Notes: a model not told the origin generated them from the sequence alone. 64,000 nucleotides of DNA from Candidatus Bathyarchaeia archaeon (GCA_049515895.1 JBEKTQ010000012.1:25026-89025), one strand, 5' to 3'; counted from the first letter of the stretch, positions 20,917 to 31,412 are shown. Numbers and translations are program-made.

Positions 20917-22752
20917 TCAACTTCTCAGATAATTGTGAATGGTTTTCTTCATTAGCAAAGGTTGAGCTCTTGATTTATGCCATTCATGAGTCCATTTCCA
21001 GTCTGCTGGTCTGGGACATAAGTCACTGCAAGATGCACAGCAGTCCTTCTTCATGTCTTCCAAGAGGATGTCTAACTCAAATCCCATGATAGAGACACCT
21101 TTCTTTTCGCAAAAGAGTATCTTCATCCCCGTTGTTAGTAACCCCACCATTTCCCAAATAGGTCCCCAGTTGACTACTTCCGTGTGGAGATTTTCGCAGT
21201 ATTTGAGAACCCGTTCAGGATTTCTGTCTTTAAGACCTATTCTTGCTATTTTGGCGAGTTCATCATTGCCTTTGATGTCTATTCCACCTATTTCCAGAAG
21301 CTTTTTAGCCACTTTCTCTTCTTCTTCATCGGTGATATCTTCTTCGGTGTTCACTCTTGTACCCTTAGCCTTAATCATAGTAGGTATGCTGTAAGACTTC
21401 TTCAGACGCTCCTGAGTTGATTGTACCGCACTTTGGAATCCTTTATGGTCGAGTTTTTTCGCTAATTCCATTGCAGACTTCAAATATTTGTCACGAGATT
21501 CGTTATCTTCCACAGAATTGCAAATATTGGCAAGGTCAAGGAAAATTTCAAACTCAATATCCAAAGACATTTGTGTTGCGAGTTCCAAAGCTGAGAGGAG
21601 CGTTTTCTTTATTGAGTCAATTTGGGAAAAGATAATTGTTGGATTGCCTTCGAGACTGTTGTTGTAACACCATATGAACTGCATTTTCGAGAGTCGTCTT
21701 AGTAAATCCAAGTAGATGGTGATTTCTTTGTTTTGATTAGCTCTCTCTAGCAAATTAATGAAGTCATTTTCAACTTCATAGAGACCGCTGATTATTTTGC
21801 CGATTTCTACTCCAAGAAATGGTGCCATTGTTCCTTGAGGAGCATGTGTGGCGACAGCAAACATCATTCGTGTTGAGTTCAATTTCTTTATCAGTGTTGC
21901 AAAGATAGTTTCTAAGTATTCACTTCGCCACATCAATTCGAATGAGAGGTCTCCTGACTTCTGTACAAGTTCTCCTATTGATTCTAGAAGTTCCACAATC
22001 TGTTCACTATCGCCAAGAGGATTTAGGGAATAAACTGCAACCAAAATGGCTTTAATTTGAGTTGATGTATCATCTTGAGACTTAGCTTGTTCTGCAATTT
22101 TCAATAATAGTTTAAATGATTGTTCATAGCTGTTTTCTTTCTGAAGACGATAGGCAACGTCAAATTTTATTTGGAACTGCTTGTCCAACAGCTTTTTATC
22201 TACTTGCATTAGTTTTGATATTGCTTCACTGTTATCTTTCCAATGTTCCAAATGTTCAATCGGTATTTTGTCAAGTCTTTTAGATAGGATGTATGTTGAA
22301 CCACCAAGTGCTACATCTTTCAACTGAGGTAATGTTGATGCAATGTCATTTGATACTGGGATTTTGACAGTTACAGTTCCTTGACTTGTCCAGTTAGGAT
22401 TGGATTCATCAAGGACTTCGAAAATGTATTGCTGAATGAAAAGCCAATAGCACTTTCTTGATGTTACCTCAACAACAGTTAGAACTACAGGAAGGTCTCT
22501 TTGAAGATAATATTTGAGGTTTTTAACCTCAAGAGGATATGATACACAACCATCGGTTATGTTGATAGTGTTTGTTCCTTTTAGTTGAACCAGTAGTTCC
22601 TTTCCTGTTAGTTTTCCGTTTTCCGTTACTTCTACTGACTTGTCTAAACCGTAGTCGAGATTAATTGTACGATTTATCCATTCAGAAGGAATAGCTTGGT
22701 CAAAAATTTTGATGCTTTCCGTTTCTGTAACGTGCTGAGGCGGTCTTTCCAT
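20917..22752 (-). CDS. DUF4365-type PD-(D/E)XK nuclease fused to helical repeats and a Cys-rich C-terminus
   Basis: DYGLDKSVEV...LVQLKGT; TPR-like middle; CCASCSDLCPR. Confidence 0.8.
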   Translation of the reverse strand: MERPPQHVTETESIKIFDQAIPSEWINRTINLDYGLDKSVEVTENGKLTGKELLVQLKGTNTINITDGCVSYPLEVKNLKYYLQRDLPVVLTVVEVTSRKCYWLFIQQYIFEVLDESNPNWTSQGTVTVKIPVSNDIASTLPQLKDVALGGSTYILSKRLDKIPIEHLEHWKDNSEAISKLMQVDKKLLDKQFQIKFDVAYRLQKENSYEQSFKLLLKIAEQAKSQDDTSTQIKAILVAVYSLNPLGDSEQIVELLESIGELVQKSGDLSFELMWRSEYLETIFATLIKKLNSTRMMFAVATHAPQGTMAPFLGVEIGKIISGLYEVENDFINLLERANQNKEITIYLDLLRRLSKMQFIWCYNNSLEGNPTIIFSQIDSIKKTLLSALELATQMSLDIEFEIFLDLANICNSVEDNESRDKYLKSAMELAKKLDHKGFQSAVQSTQERLKKSYSIPTMIKAKGTRVNTEEDITDEEEEKVAKKLLEIGGIDIKGNDELAKIARIGLKDRNPERVLKYCENLHTEVVNWGPIWEMVGLLTTGMKILFCEKKGVSIMGFELDILLEDMKKDCCASCSDLCPRPADWKWTHEWHKSRAQPLLMKKTIHNYLRS

Positions 22753-23060
22753 TTCCTATCTGCATTGCTATCTCGTCTAATCAAGTCTTAAGCCTTTTCA
22801 TAGATGAGAAAGTTAATGCTTTGTTGTAGAATACGCTATTTTTCATGACTTTAGATAATCAATGTATCCTCTAAAGTCTTTGTTTTCCTGTTCCAGTTGC
22901 TTGATTTTGCTGAGTTCTTCGTTCTCTTTCTTTAACTGACTTATCTCAGATGATAGTCTACTTTCTTGGTCTTGATGTGCCATGTCGGTATACAAATTCT
23001 TTTCTTGAATGCTGAATTTTTACATTCTTTGAACATAATTATGTCGATATTATTTATTAT

Positions 23061-23644
23061 TTGAAACTGAGTAATCTTTTAGTGACCTCAATGTCTTCAA
23101 ATAGAAGGGACTTCTACAAGATTACTCCTATAATTCTTAGTATAGTAGTCATTTGCTTGAGTTCCTATAACGTAATTCTAAACTTGCCAAATCCTAAGCT
23201 TGAGGTTGGTGAATATCCTAATGAAGGATACGAAATGTGGTCAAACACAGTACGAACAGTGGTGGTCAGCCCGAATGAAACTGCACCACCAGAAAGTTCT
23301 CTTCCGCCTTTCGAAAGTGCACCACCATACGATATTTTTAATGTTACTTATCAAGTCCTGAATTCAGGTAAAGCTACCGCTAACAATGTTAGGTTAGTGC
23401 TGAGGCAGAGCCTTCAGGCAATTGTTCAGTCCTCTCCACTTATGTTTATGTTAATAGTCCATTACCTTCGAATCTTTTACAAGTTGTGAAAGACAATTTT
23501 ACGTTAGGTATACTTGGTTCAGGTTCCAGTTATATTTTCAAGTTTGAAGTTAAAGATGGCAACTTGAATTCGACCTGTAGATTTCTATTAAATGTCAATT
23601 CAGATAATGCTGGGTCAATTACACGTGAAATTGACTATACATGA
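23061..23644 (+). pseudogene. Membrane-anchored Ig/CARDB-like surface protein, frameshifted near 23395
   Basis: N-terminal TM, YQVLNSGKATANNVR motif; another frame continues open to TGA at 23644, overlapping the next ATG (ATGA). Confidence 0.55.
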
Positions 23645-24075
23645 AATTTATGTCCATAGACAATAGGACTCCACCAATCGTAATAGGGTTCGCAGAGGGA
23701 TTATTAGCTCCAATATTCGAGTTGGTCATCAGCATACTTGTTGCTTCTGCCATTGCAATTAACTCAGCAACAGGTTCTCCGAACCTAACTTGGGTTATAT
23801 CCCTATTTTTCTTGATGGATTTTGCAAGAAACGTTATCTCTTGCCTACTTCACACTCAATACGCGATAGGACATGTAGCTGGAAGCATTTTTGGCATCAT
23901 TCTATTCTACGGAGCGATTAGTTTTGTTAGCAGAGAGGTTGCTAACTCTTCTCTTCTGATTACCATAATATTGATTGTTAGCTTATTTGTAGGTGTATGC
24001 ATCGCAGTTTGGCAAGGCATCAGAAATAACAGAAATTCTGAAACGCGGTATTATCAATTAATGACTGGATATTGA
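23641..24075 (+). CDS. Small multi-pass membrane protein
   Basis: About 4 hydrophobic helices. Confidence 0.65.
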   Translation: MKFMSIDNRTPPIVIGFAEGLLAPIFELVISILVASAIAINSATGSPNLTWVISLFFLMDFARNVISCLLHTQYAIGHVAGSIFGIILFYGAISFVSREVANSSLLITIILIVSLFVGVCIAVWQGIRNNRNSETRYYQLMTGY

Positions 24076-24982
24076 CTTTTTGGCTTTTCGATTTGCTGTT
24101 TATTGGCAATATGAGAAAATTTGTAATTGCGATAATGCAAAGTGCAAACGAAGCAACAAGTATGACGATTACTATAGGCGAGAAAAGGTCGAATCCATCG
24201 TTTCTATAAGTGCTTGTCACATCCACAATTGAAGAGTTCTCAAAAGCAAGTGACAGTATCGGTGCTCCCCAACCTTTCTCCTTCACAAAAAACATCGGAT
24301 AACCTACTGCTCTAGAGCCTGTGGAGTTTAGTGATGCATCGACACGAATCCATGTGCCATTAGTTAATAAGACCTCATTAAACGCATGGTCGTTGAAAAT
24401 GTTATCAACTATTCGGCATCTGTATCCTTGTGAGATGCAGAGTTCAGCGTATAATATAGCGAATTCTATGCACATTCCTTTGCCGTACTGGTAGATTTTT
24501 AGGGGGTCGCTGTTTCTTTGAAGGTCTGATTTGTTATAGAAAATCAAATTTTGGTTTTCCCAAACGATGAGTTCAGTATAGTTGTAGCTTTTTCCCAGCA
24601 AGGTCTTAAAGTATTGAATCTCGTTCGGGTTTTGAAGATTTTGAGCTATGGTTCTGTCTTGAACAGTAGCAGAAATACCGTAAACTGGTGTTGCAAAAAG
24701 TATACACACCAACATGCAACCGAATAGACGTTTGAAAAGAGTTCTGTTTAACATGCGATAGAATAAATAGCTGAATAAACCAAAGAAGGACAAAAAAAGC
24801 ACCCAGAGTTCTTGAGAGAGCCACCCTTCATACACGCCAATAACGATTATGAAGAAAGAACAAACTACAAGAGTAAGTAGAATAGCAAGGGAATTGCTTA
24901 CTTTTTCTGCTTTTTCCTTTGAAATCTTACCTTTTAGTTTTAGTCTTGGCAATGATTTGCACTTTCCTAACCAAGTAAACAA
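24020..24982 (-). CDS. Membrane-anchored transglutaminase-like protein resembling the peptide:N-glycanase core
   Basis: Cys-His-Asp triad: GKGMCIEFA, DHAFNEV, WIRVDAS; GWG...AF...VDVT.TY; N- and C-terminal TMs. Confidence 0.8.
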   Translation of the reverse strand: MFTWLGKCKSLPRLKLKGKISKEKAEKVSNSLAILLTLVVCSFFIIVIGVYEGWLSQELWVLFLSFFGLFSYLFYRMLNRTLFKRLFGCMLVCILFATPVYGISATVQDRTIAQNLQNPNEIQYFKTLLGKSYNYTELIVWENQNLIFYNKSDLQRNSDPLKIYQYGKGMCIEFAILYAELCISQGYRCRIVDNIFNDHAFNEVLLTNGTWIRVDASLNSTGSRAVGYPMFFVKEKGWGAPILSLAFENSSIVDVTSTYRNDGFDLFSPIVIVILVASFALCIIAITNFLILPINSKSKSQKVNIQSLIDNTAFQNFCYF

Positions 24983-25931
24983 TTGTAAAAGATATACAAG
25001 CGACTGTAAATGAGACTATCACTACTTCTTGAGTTGGATTCCCACTTGGAAAAGGATAGTTATCCTTCACATTTGCCAATGCGATTATTGCTGTTGTCTC
25101 TGTGTTAGCAGTAGCCGAGACCGAAGGCACAATTGAACCATTAACTAAAACATAACCAGTTATTACTCCACCATTGCTCTGTTGCAAAGATGCGATAATA
25201 TTTTCAACCCTGTTATTGACTGATGCATTTACGATGTTGAGGTCATTTGAGAGAATAAGCGCTAATCCTATCTTGTACGTTTGATATATATGATAAGATT
25301 GGCTGTTTGGGTTAAGAAATGGTTTATCAGCAAATCCGTTTCCATCCCACATCTTAATCATTGCATTGTAGTTGTCTGTTGCTCCACTAATGTTTCCTTG
25401 ATTGAATAGAGATATTCCTCTCAAAGCTAACAGGTCTGCATAACTTGTCCAGTCATTCATTTGGGTGTAGTTATCTACCTCTGTAACTATTGAGTAGTTT
25501 GAACCGTTGATTAAGGAGGAACCGTTTGATTGTGAAGAATTACGGAAAACATCAGGAAGGACATCACCGATTAAAGCTTCATGCTTGTAGGAGATTGGGA
25601 GACCGTTTGAGTCGTGGGGTAGATTATTGCTGTTGACATAGTTCTTCAGAGTAGCAGCGATTTCATTGCTTATTGTTGGGTCGTCATTTCTTAATGCGTA
25701 GTATGCTAATAGATTGTCTGAAACTAACCAGTAGGTAGGCGAATTATTAGTTTCTGGAATCAGACCTATCTTTGAATTGTAATTGTTTACGAGATATTGC
25801 ACTGCTTTTTGGTGTATCGTTGCGGAGTCAACGTTGTTTTGTGCCAATGATGGAGTAATTGTTGCAAGCAAGAAAATTGCCAAGATAATCGATACTAAAG
25901 CTTTTCTAAGCATAAATTCATTCGTGTGCAT
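24927..25931 (-). CDS. Secreted, C-terminally anchored protein, possibly (alpha/alpha)-toroid glycoside-hydrolase-like
   Basis: Signal peptide, YWLVSDN, WDGNGFAD, LQQSNGG, ANTETTA motifs; many NxS/T sequons; C-terminal TM. Confidence 0.55.
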   Translation of the reverse strand: MHTNEFMLRKALVSIILAIFLLATITPSLAQNNVDSATIHQKAVQYLVNNYNSKIGLIPETNNSPTYWLVSDNLLAYYALRNDDPTISNEIAATLKNYVNSNNLPHDSNGLPISYKHEALIGDVLPDVFRNSSQSNGSSLINGSNYSIVTEVDNYTQMNDWTSYADLLALRGISLFNQGNISGATDNYNAMIKMWDGNGFADKPFLNPNSQSYHIYQTYKIGLALILSNDLNIVNASVNNRVENIIASLQQSNGGVITGYVLVNGSIVPSVSATANTETTAIIALANVKDNYPFPSGNPTQEVVIVSFTVACISFTIVYLVRKVQIIAKTKTKR

Positions 25932-26323
25932 TTCATGTTATTGAGCTTTGTTATATAGACTATCGAGATTAGTCTTATCGACATTAGAGACTTCTTTTCA
26001 AAGTTTACCAGTTAAACTTAACTTTAAGACTCGCATAAGAGTCAAACGGAGCTAAATAATTGAAGAAAAAAGATAGCGTAGAAGTAAGTGAAGCAGAGAC
26101 TTTTAAATCATACGATGAAAAGCTGAATGAGAAGTACGGTGACAATTGGATGGGAAAAGGCAAGTGTACTGGACTAGAGTTTAAACGGTGGTTAGCTCTA
26201 CGTGACAATAAAACAGAAATTCCTTGAATCTGTTTCTTGCCTTTGACAGTTATCCAGCGAATTGAAGGGCCAAGAGTAATAGACCTAGAAAGTAAGACCG
26301 CTTTTCCATCAAACATTCTTTTT

Positions 26324-27340
26324 CTATTGTGAATGATGTTGGCTGGGAAAATACGTTTCTAGCGTTGTGTCATGGTCTTTCTGGGGTTCTTTAGTCTTTT
26401 TTGGTTTATCACCGAGTTTTTGAATTTTCTGATTGAATCCTGCAAAACATTCCAGTTTTGAGGTCTTGTTGTTGATGAAATCTAAGAGTTTATCACAGCT
26501 TTTCTTATGGAATTCATCTCTGAGGTCTTCCCAGTAATGGGTATATGGTCCTTGCTTGGAGACCAGTATTATGTCGTAGAAGTAAGTGTCATTTCCTAGC
26601 CGAATATTATTCACATAAGCTGGCATATGCCTACCAGTGGTTTCATATTTGATTTTCTCATAGGCTTTCTTTAGTTTCTCCATGTAGATTTCAAGAGATT
26701 GCTTTCTGGCATACTTTGCAATACGCCATGATTCGTCTCCGAAGAATCTGTTGAGTTTTTCTTCCGATACGGATGGGACTCTTCTGAACATTGCAGTAGG
26801 ATAATTAATTATTATGTCAGCCTTTGCTTTCATCACTGTTTCGAGTGTTTTCCACTCTGCATCGAAGCCTTCGTTGTCTATGAAGACCAGATTGTGATAT
26901 GGATAATTAGCGAATATTTCTTCAGCGACTAAATTGCAGTCTTTTTTGAGGATTTCACACTTTTCCCCGAAAACGCTTGTTCTTATCTTTAATGCTTCAT
27001 TTTTTTCTCGGTTGTTCTCTACAAGCACATACTTGGAGAATGGATACATTTCAGCGAATGTGTCAACTGCGAAAACAGACCCTTTGATTAGTTTTCCTTT
27101 GACTTCTTCGATTCTTGTTTTTCCAGCACCAGCAAGTAAATCGACAAACCTGTAGTTGTGACTTTGGAAGTTTTTATTAATGATTTTTGAGTATAAATCA
27201 GCCCATTGACCGAGTAGAAGTAGTTTAGCCACTGTCCGTTCGTGTCCTTTGTTAAACACTAAAGTGTCTGTTCCATCGTCTTCAATAACTAAGCTTCTGA
27301 CTTTTCTCTCTAACAGTTCTGATTCATGTTTTGTGCTCAT
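26324..27340 (-). CDS. tcmP: Three-Cys-motif partner protein (methyltransferase-like)
   Basis: FVDLLAGAG, GS, DCN, LVFIDNEG motifs; overlaps DUF5131 gene. Confidence 0.8.
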   Translation of the reverse strand: MSTKHESELLERKVRSLVIEDDGTDTLVFNKGHERTVAKLLLLGQWADLYSKIINKNFQSHNYRFVDLLAGAGKTRIEEVKGKLIKGSVFAVDTFAEMYPFSKYVLVENNREKNEALKIRTSVFGEKCEILKKDCNLVAEEIFANYPYHNLVFIDNEGFDAEWKTLETVMKAKADIIINYPTAMFRRVPSVSEEKLNRFFGDESWRIAKYARKQSLEIYMEKLKKAYEKIKYETTGRHMPAYVNNIRLGNDTYFYDIILVSKQGPYTHYWEDLRDEFHKKSCDKLLDFINNKTSKLECFAGFNQKIQKLGDKPKKTKEPQKDHDTTLETYFPSQHHSQ

Positions 27341-28121
27341 TCTTCTTCCCTGTGATGAGTTGGTTATCTTCGAACCATGCTGGTCTAATGGCTTTCCTTA
27401 TCACTAGTGAAGTCTCTGGAAGCTTGTTTAGAAGCTCGGTTGTTTGCTTTAGCGTGGGTTCTCTAAGCTTATGACAATAATTGTCATAGCCAACATAAAC
27501 AATGAATGGGTTAATTTCTTCTATCCATTTAATGAAGGTCTTCAATTCAAAGTCCAAAATTGGTTCAATAGATACTATTTTTCTGTCCCAGTCAAGAGCC
27601 TTCATAGCTTCATATCTTTCACTTGGAAGAGGAGCACCTGAAACTTTGTCTGTTTGCACTATTTCATCAATGTTTGTTTCAATTGTTGCTCCCAGAATAG
27701 CTTTCTCTGGAATCTGCGGTAAGAGTTCAATGTATCTTTTCGGGTTCTTAGTCATGAAGAGGAAGTCTGCTTCTGGGAACTGTCTAATGTGGTCTAAGAC
27801 CTTGACAATCCATTCAGTGGGTATGAAATCAGCGAACATGTCACCCATGTCAGAGACAAAGATTAGGTCTCCTTTGACGAATCTGACATTCAACTCTGAT
27901 TCGTTTAAGCTGGGTTTGAAGCCTTTCGAGTACCTTTTGGCATTCTTCAGCTTAGTTACTGCTAAGTCTTTAGCCCAGCAATAGTTACAGTTGTATAAGC
28001 ATCCTGAGATGGGATTCCATGTTGCCGTGACTATGTTGAACATTTTGCCATGATTCTTCTTGTTTAAGCTTTGCTCAATCATAGTTTTAATTAGTGTGAG
28101 GGTTTGATTTTTCTTTAGCAA
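27324..28121 (-). CDS. DUF5131 (phage Gp37/Gp68-like) radical-SAM-like protein
   Basis: TWNPISGCLYNCNYCWA, FVSDMGDMF, MTKNPKR, SIEPIL. Confidence 0.88.
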   Translation of the reverse strand: MLKKNQTLTLIKTMIEQSLNKKNHGKMFNIVTATWNPISGCLYNCNYCWAKDLAVTKLKNAKRYSKGFKPSLNESELNVRFVKGDLIFVSDMGDMFADFIPTEWIVKVLDHIRQFPEADFLFMTKNPKRYIELLPQIPEKAILGATIETNIDEIVQTDKVSGAPLPSERYEAMKALDWDRKIVSIEPILDFELKTFIKWIEEINPFIVYVGYDNYCHKLREPTLKQTTELLNKLPETSLVIRKAIRPAWFEDNQLITGKKNEHKT

Positions 28122-28232
28122 ACTAAAATATTCTTCATCAGTAACTTTCGTTAGTCTTCTTGTTTTTGTTGAAATGATGTATTCCTCAAGTCCTCTGAGA
28201 TTATGAAATGGTTGTCTTTTTAGTTTTTTTAA

Positions 28233-29429
28233 CTATACTTCTGTTAGTCTGCCACTTATTGCATCAATCAGGTCTATTCTCTTAGACCCATCTTGAGTTA
28301 CTAAACTGCTGACATAAAATGGATAGTATACCACTGAAACGGTATTTACTTTAGCCTTCCAATAGGCTTCAATCCGCTTCACTATGTCACTTGCTTCTAT
28401 CATTGGAGAAATGAATGCCCCTTCCTTTCGGGGTATCTCCTGAATGGTTAGTCCATCAGAGATTGATTTGAGAAGACGGGGGTCATTTGGAAATGCTACT
28501 ACAGGTTTGTATAATGTTACACCTCTATTTCCTGTTCCAGTTTTGACTGCACCTACAGAAGTTAACCTGCTCAGAATCTTTCTAGCTTTACCTTCAGAGA
28601 TACCTATGCCACTAATACTTTTTGAACTGTGCCAATCTCCTTCTTTCATACACTTAAGAACACCAATTTCTTCTTCACTAAGAAGCCTCAAAAATGGGTA
28701 GGGTGAGGATATGCCTTCTTCCGCGACAATCGTTATATCACCGTTTTTAGCATCAAGGCTTACTCTAACAGTTATTATCTTCTGAACCGTTCTTTTACTC
28801 ATCAAACCTGTCTTTTCAGTTTCGCTTATAGTAGCTTGGATTTCCGCTTCATAATAGGGAAGATACTGTAGAGAGATAGAGTCCAATTTTTCATTGATTT
28901 TTCCTGTTCTTAAGAAACCGCCTTTTGCACGTTCTTCTAAAGTATTTTTCTCTATTCTCTCTGCATCTTGAATCGACAAATTGAATTTGACTACACGTTC
29001 TTTAACAGATACTTCGGTCGCTAATCCTTTTTCTGAAGCACTTATTTCAATTTCTCCAAGTAACTTTGCAAGTTGTTCTCTATCCCATAATTCAACACTA
29101 TGTCCCCTAGCAGTCATAACGGCTTCAGGAGTAAAGTAGCTAGTTGTTACAATGATTCCACGGTCTGCTCCCAAATCGTCAACTATCTGTATCAGTTTCA
29201 TGATTCGGTCCTTGTCTACGGGTAGGTCATAGCATTTCGCTTCGATAATCACTTTAGAAGTGTGCAGTGGACATCTGTATTCAACCAAAACGTCTATCTG
29301 GTGCTCTGCTCCTGACCTTCCAACTTTCTTTGTATCGTGGATGACATCATAGCCCATCTTTTTGAAAAGTTCCGTGAGTTTTAATTCGAAAGCTAAACCC
29401 TTTTCATGAGTTGTTACGTTCTTAACCAT
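28233..29429 (-). CDS. Mrr-like restriction endonuclease with C-terminal extension
   Basis: KGLAFE...GRSGAEHQIDV...IIEAKCY...TTSYFTPEA. Confidence 0.85.
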   Translation of the reverse strand: MVKNVTTHEKGLAFELKLTELFKKMGYDVIHDTKKVGRSGAEHQIDVLVEYRCPLHTSKVIIEAKCYDLPVDKDRIMKLIQIVDDLGADRGIIVTTSYFTPEAVMTARGHSVELWDREQLAKLLGEIEISASEKGLATEVSVKERVVKFNLSIQDAERIEKNTLEERAKGGFLRTGKINEKLDSISLQYLPYYEAEIQATISETEKTGLMSKRTVQKIITVRVSLDAKNGDITIVAEEGISSPYPFLRLLSEEEIGVLKCMKEGDWHSSKSISGIGISEGKARKILSRLTSVGAVKTGTGNRGVTLYKPVVAFPNDPRLLKSISDGLTIQEIPRKEGAFISPMIEASDIVKRIEAYWKAKVNTVSVVYYPFYVSSLVTQDGSKRIDLIDAISGRLTEV

Positions 29430-29446
29430 GAAACAAACATTCCTTT

Positions 29447-29692
29447 TTACTTACTTCTAAATATCACAATGTTCAACCACATTTCTTCAAAACTTTGGTT
29501 GCCTGCGTTAGGATAGAGTTCTTTATATGCGCTCGTTATCATCCCAGCGGTTATCATCACATGCGCAAATGACTTGAAGGTGAGTCCATCAGTACATTCT
29601 TTAAGAATCTCAATATTCTTCTGATTATCAGTCACGCTTGTTACCTCTTCAGTGTTTATGGTCCATTTGTTTAAGTGTTTTTTGCACATCAA
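29447..29692 (-). CDS. Small hypothetical protein
   Basis: ORF co-oriented upstream of the Mrr-like gene. Confidence 0.35.
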   Translation of the reverse strand: MMCKKHLNKWTINTEEVTSVTDNQKNIEILKECTDGLTFKSFAHVMITAGMITSAYKELYPNAGNQSFEEMWLNIVIFRSK

Positions 29693-30252
29693 AAATCAAA
29701 CTGAACCTATGCCAAAATACGCCAAAACCATCTTAAGAATCATCCAATCCCCAAAATCCCAAAAGGAACTCCCGTCAATCTCCTCTTCATAAGTCTTCGG
29801 TCAATCTCCTGTTTTTGGGGGATTTACCAATGTTTATCAATGTCCATTGTTCTTCGTTTTTCTTCGCTGGGTATCTCTGAGAAGTTTTGCTTTCTTTGTT
29901 CACTAAGGTATTTCTTGTATTAGCCATCTTTTTTTAGATTTTAAGCACATTCTTCAATTCTGTTGACTACTTTTGGTCGTCCAAGAAGAGATTTGCCCTT
30001 TGTTGTTAACACATTTACCAGTTTTATCTACACATTCTGATATGTTTTTTAATGGTTTTTTAAGTTCAACCCTCGGTCAAAATTCGGCTAGAAAGACAGG
30101 GGAAAAGCATGTAAATCCTGTCCCCTTACCTCAAACACATTGGTCAGAACGACCCCTGTAGCGTAGTTTTTCTCCAAAATGAGGGTTTCGTTCGTTTTGG
30201 CTTTTCAAGGTTAAAAGATTATTTTCTTTCAAGGAATTAGAAATGTGTTGAT

Positions 30253-30310
30253 TTACACATTTTCCGCAAAGTCTACACAATAAAATTGGAAGCTACACAA
30301 TAGAACTGGA
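30253..30310. repeat. TACACA-core direct repeats with 20-bp period
   Basis: TTACACATTT (30253), CTACACAATAAAATTGGA (30273), CTACACAATAGAACTGGA (30293). Confidence 0.75.
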
Positions 30311-30590
30311 CAATGCCATAATCTCTAAACTATTTGCCAAAGCAAAGAGAAAAAAGAAGGTTAACCTGTTTAGCTTATCGAAATACCCTTGAAGGAAAGC
30401 GAATATTTTCACGGAACTGCGGATTTGAGCATGAAGACGTAACAGAAGTGGCTAGACATGAGAACAAAGGTCATAGACCTAACACAACTTAAGGAATTGT
30501 GAGAACTCGCAATCTGAAAGGTGATAAGGCGTACCAAAAGGAAAATCTTAAGCAGTAGACACCGCAACTAACTCTGAAGCTGGTTCGACA

Positions 30591-31412
30591 ATGGTACACG
30601 ATGAGAAGGTAAGAATGTCTGAACAAGACGCAATTTACTCAAAAATTCTAATAGATGCCATTCATGTGTGTAAAAATTACAGACCACGCTTCGGGTCTCA
30701 GAAAAAGGGGTACACTCTTGAGGAATTCAAGGTCCTTTATGGACAAGACCCATTCTATTCTTGGATGGGACTTGATTCTCCGCTTCTCTATTCAGCACAT
30801 AAAGCTGCTGGTGGCATGACTTCAATTTATCGGCAAATAGGCATTGGTTGCCAAGAACTTTTCTTAAGAATATTGATGGATTACATTGGACTTACTAAAA
30901 ATGAGGCTACTTGGTCGTACAAGATAAAAAGACCTGACGGAACATCACGCACTCTTTCGCTTGATGGACGCATTCCCTTAAGCTCTGTTAAAGAGAAAGC
31001 AAAAAAGGAGACTATTCATAACTGGTTGTTGGAAGCTGGACGAAAACTAAGAGTTCAGGAAAGTATCCTGTCAGTTCTAAACGGAGTAGTTTTTGAGGTT
31101 CGGCAAGGGTATAAAAGCAAGGATTCGAAAAGGCAAAATGCAGACATAGCCAATGCAGCTATGGCTTACACCGAAGGTTATCTCCCCGTAACTCTTCTAT
31201 TGTCCAGTCAGATTGATAACGACATAGCCAATAGATACGAAGAGCAAAGATGGGTAATTCTCAGAGGTTCGATTAATGGTTCTCCCTATTTGTCCACGTA
31301 TGCCTTTTGCAAACAGATTCTGGGATATGACCTTGCAAGTTTCTTTGAGAGAAATTCCCCACGGTTCAAGAATGAGGTTGAAAACGTCTTAAAGTTGTTG
31401 CTGTCCCCATGA
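30591..31412 (+). CDS. Putative type II restriction endonuclease
   Basis: LSLDGRI...FEVRQGYKSKDSKR PD-(D/E)XK-like; ATGA overlap with the methyltransferase. Confidence 0.7.
   Translation: MVHDEKVRMSEQDAIYSKILIDAIHVCKNYRPRFGSQKKGYTLEEFKVLYGQDPFYSWMGLDSPLLYSAHKAAGGMTSIYRQIGIGCQELFLRILMDYIGLTKNEATWSYKIKRPDGTSRTLSLDGRIPLSSVKEKAKKETIHNWLLEAGRKLRVQESILSVLNGVVFEVRQGYKSKDSKRQNADIANAAMAYTEGYLPVTLLLSSQIDNDIANRYEEQRWVILRGSINGSPYLSTYAFCKQILGYDLASFFERNSPRFKNEVENVLKLLLSP

Noticed and set aside
22843-22983. 46-aa coiled-coil ORF on minus strand
   Set aside because: No recognisable motif; may be real but unsupported
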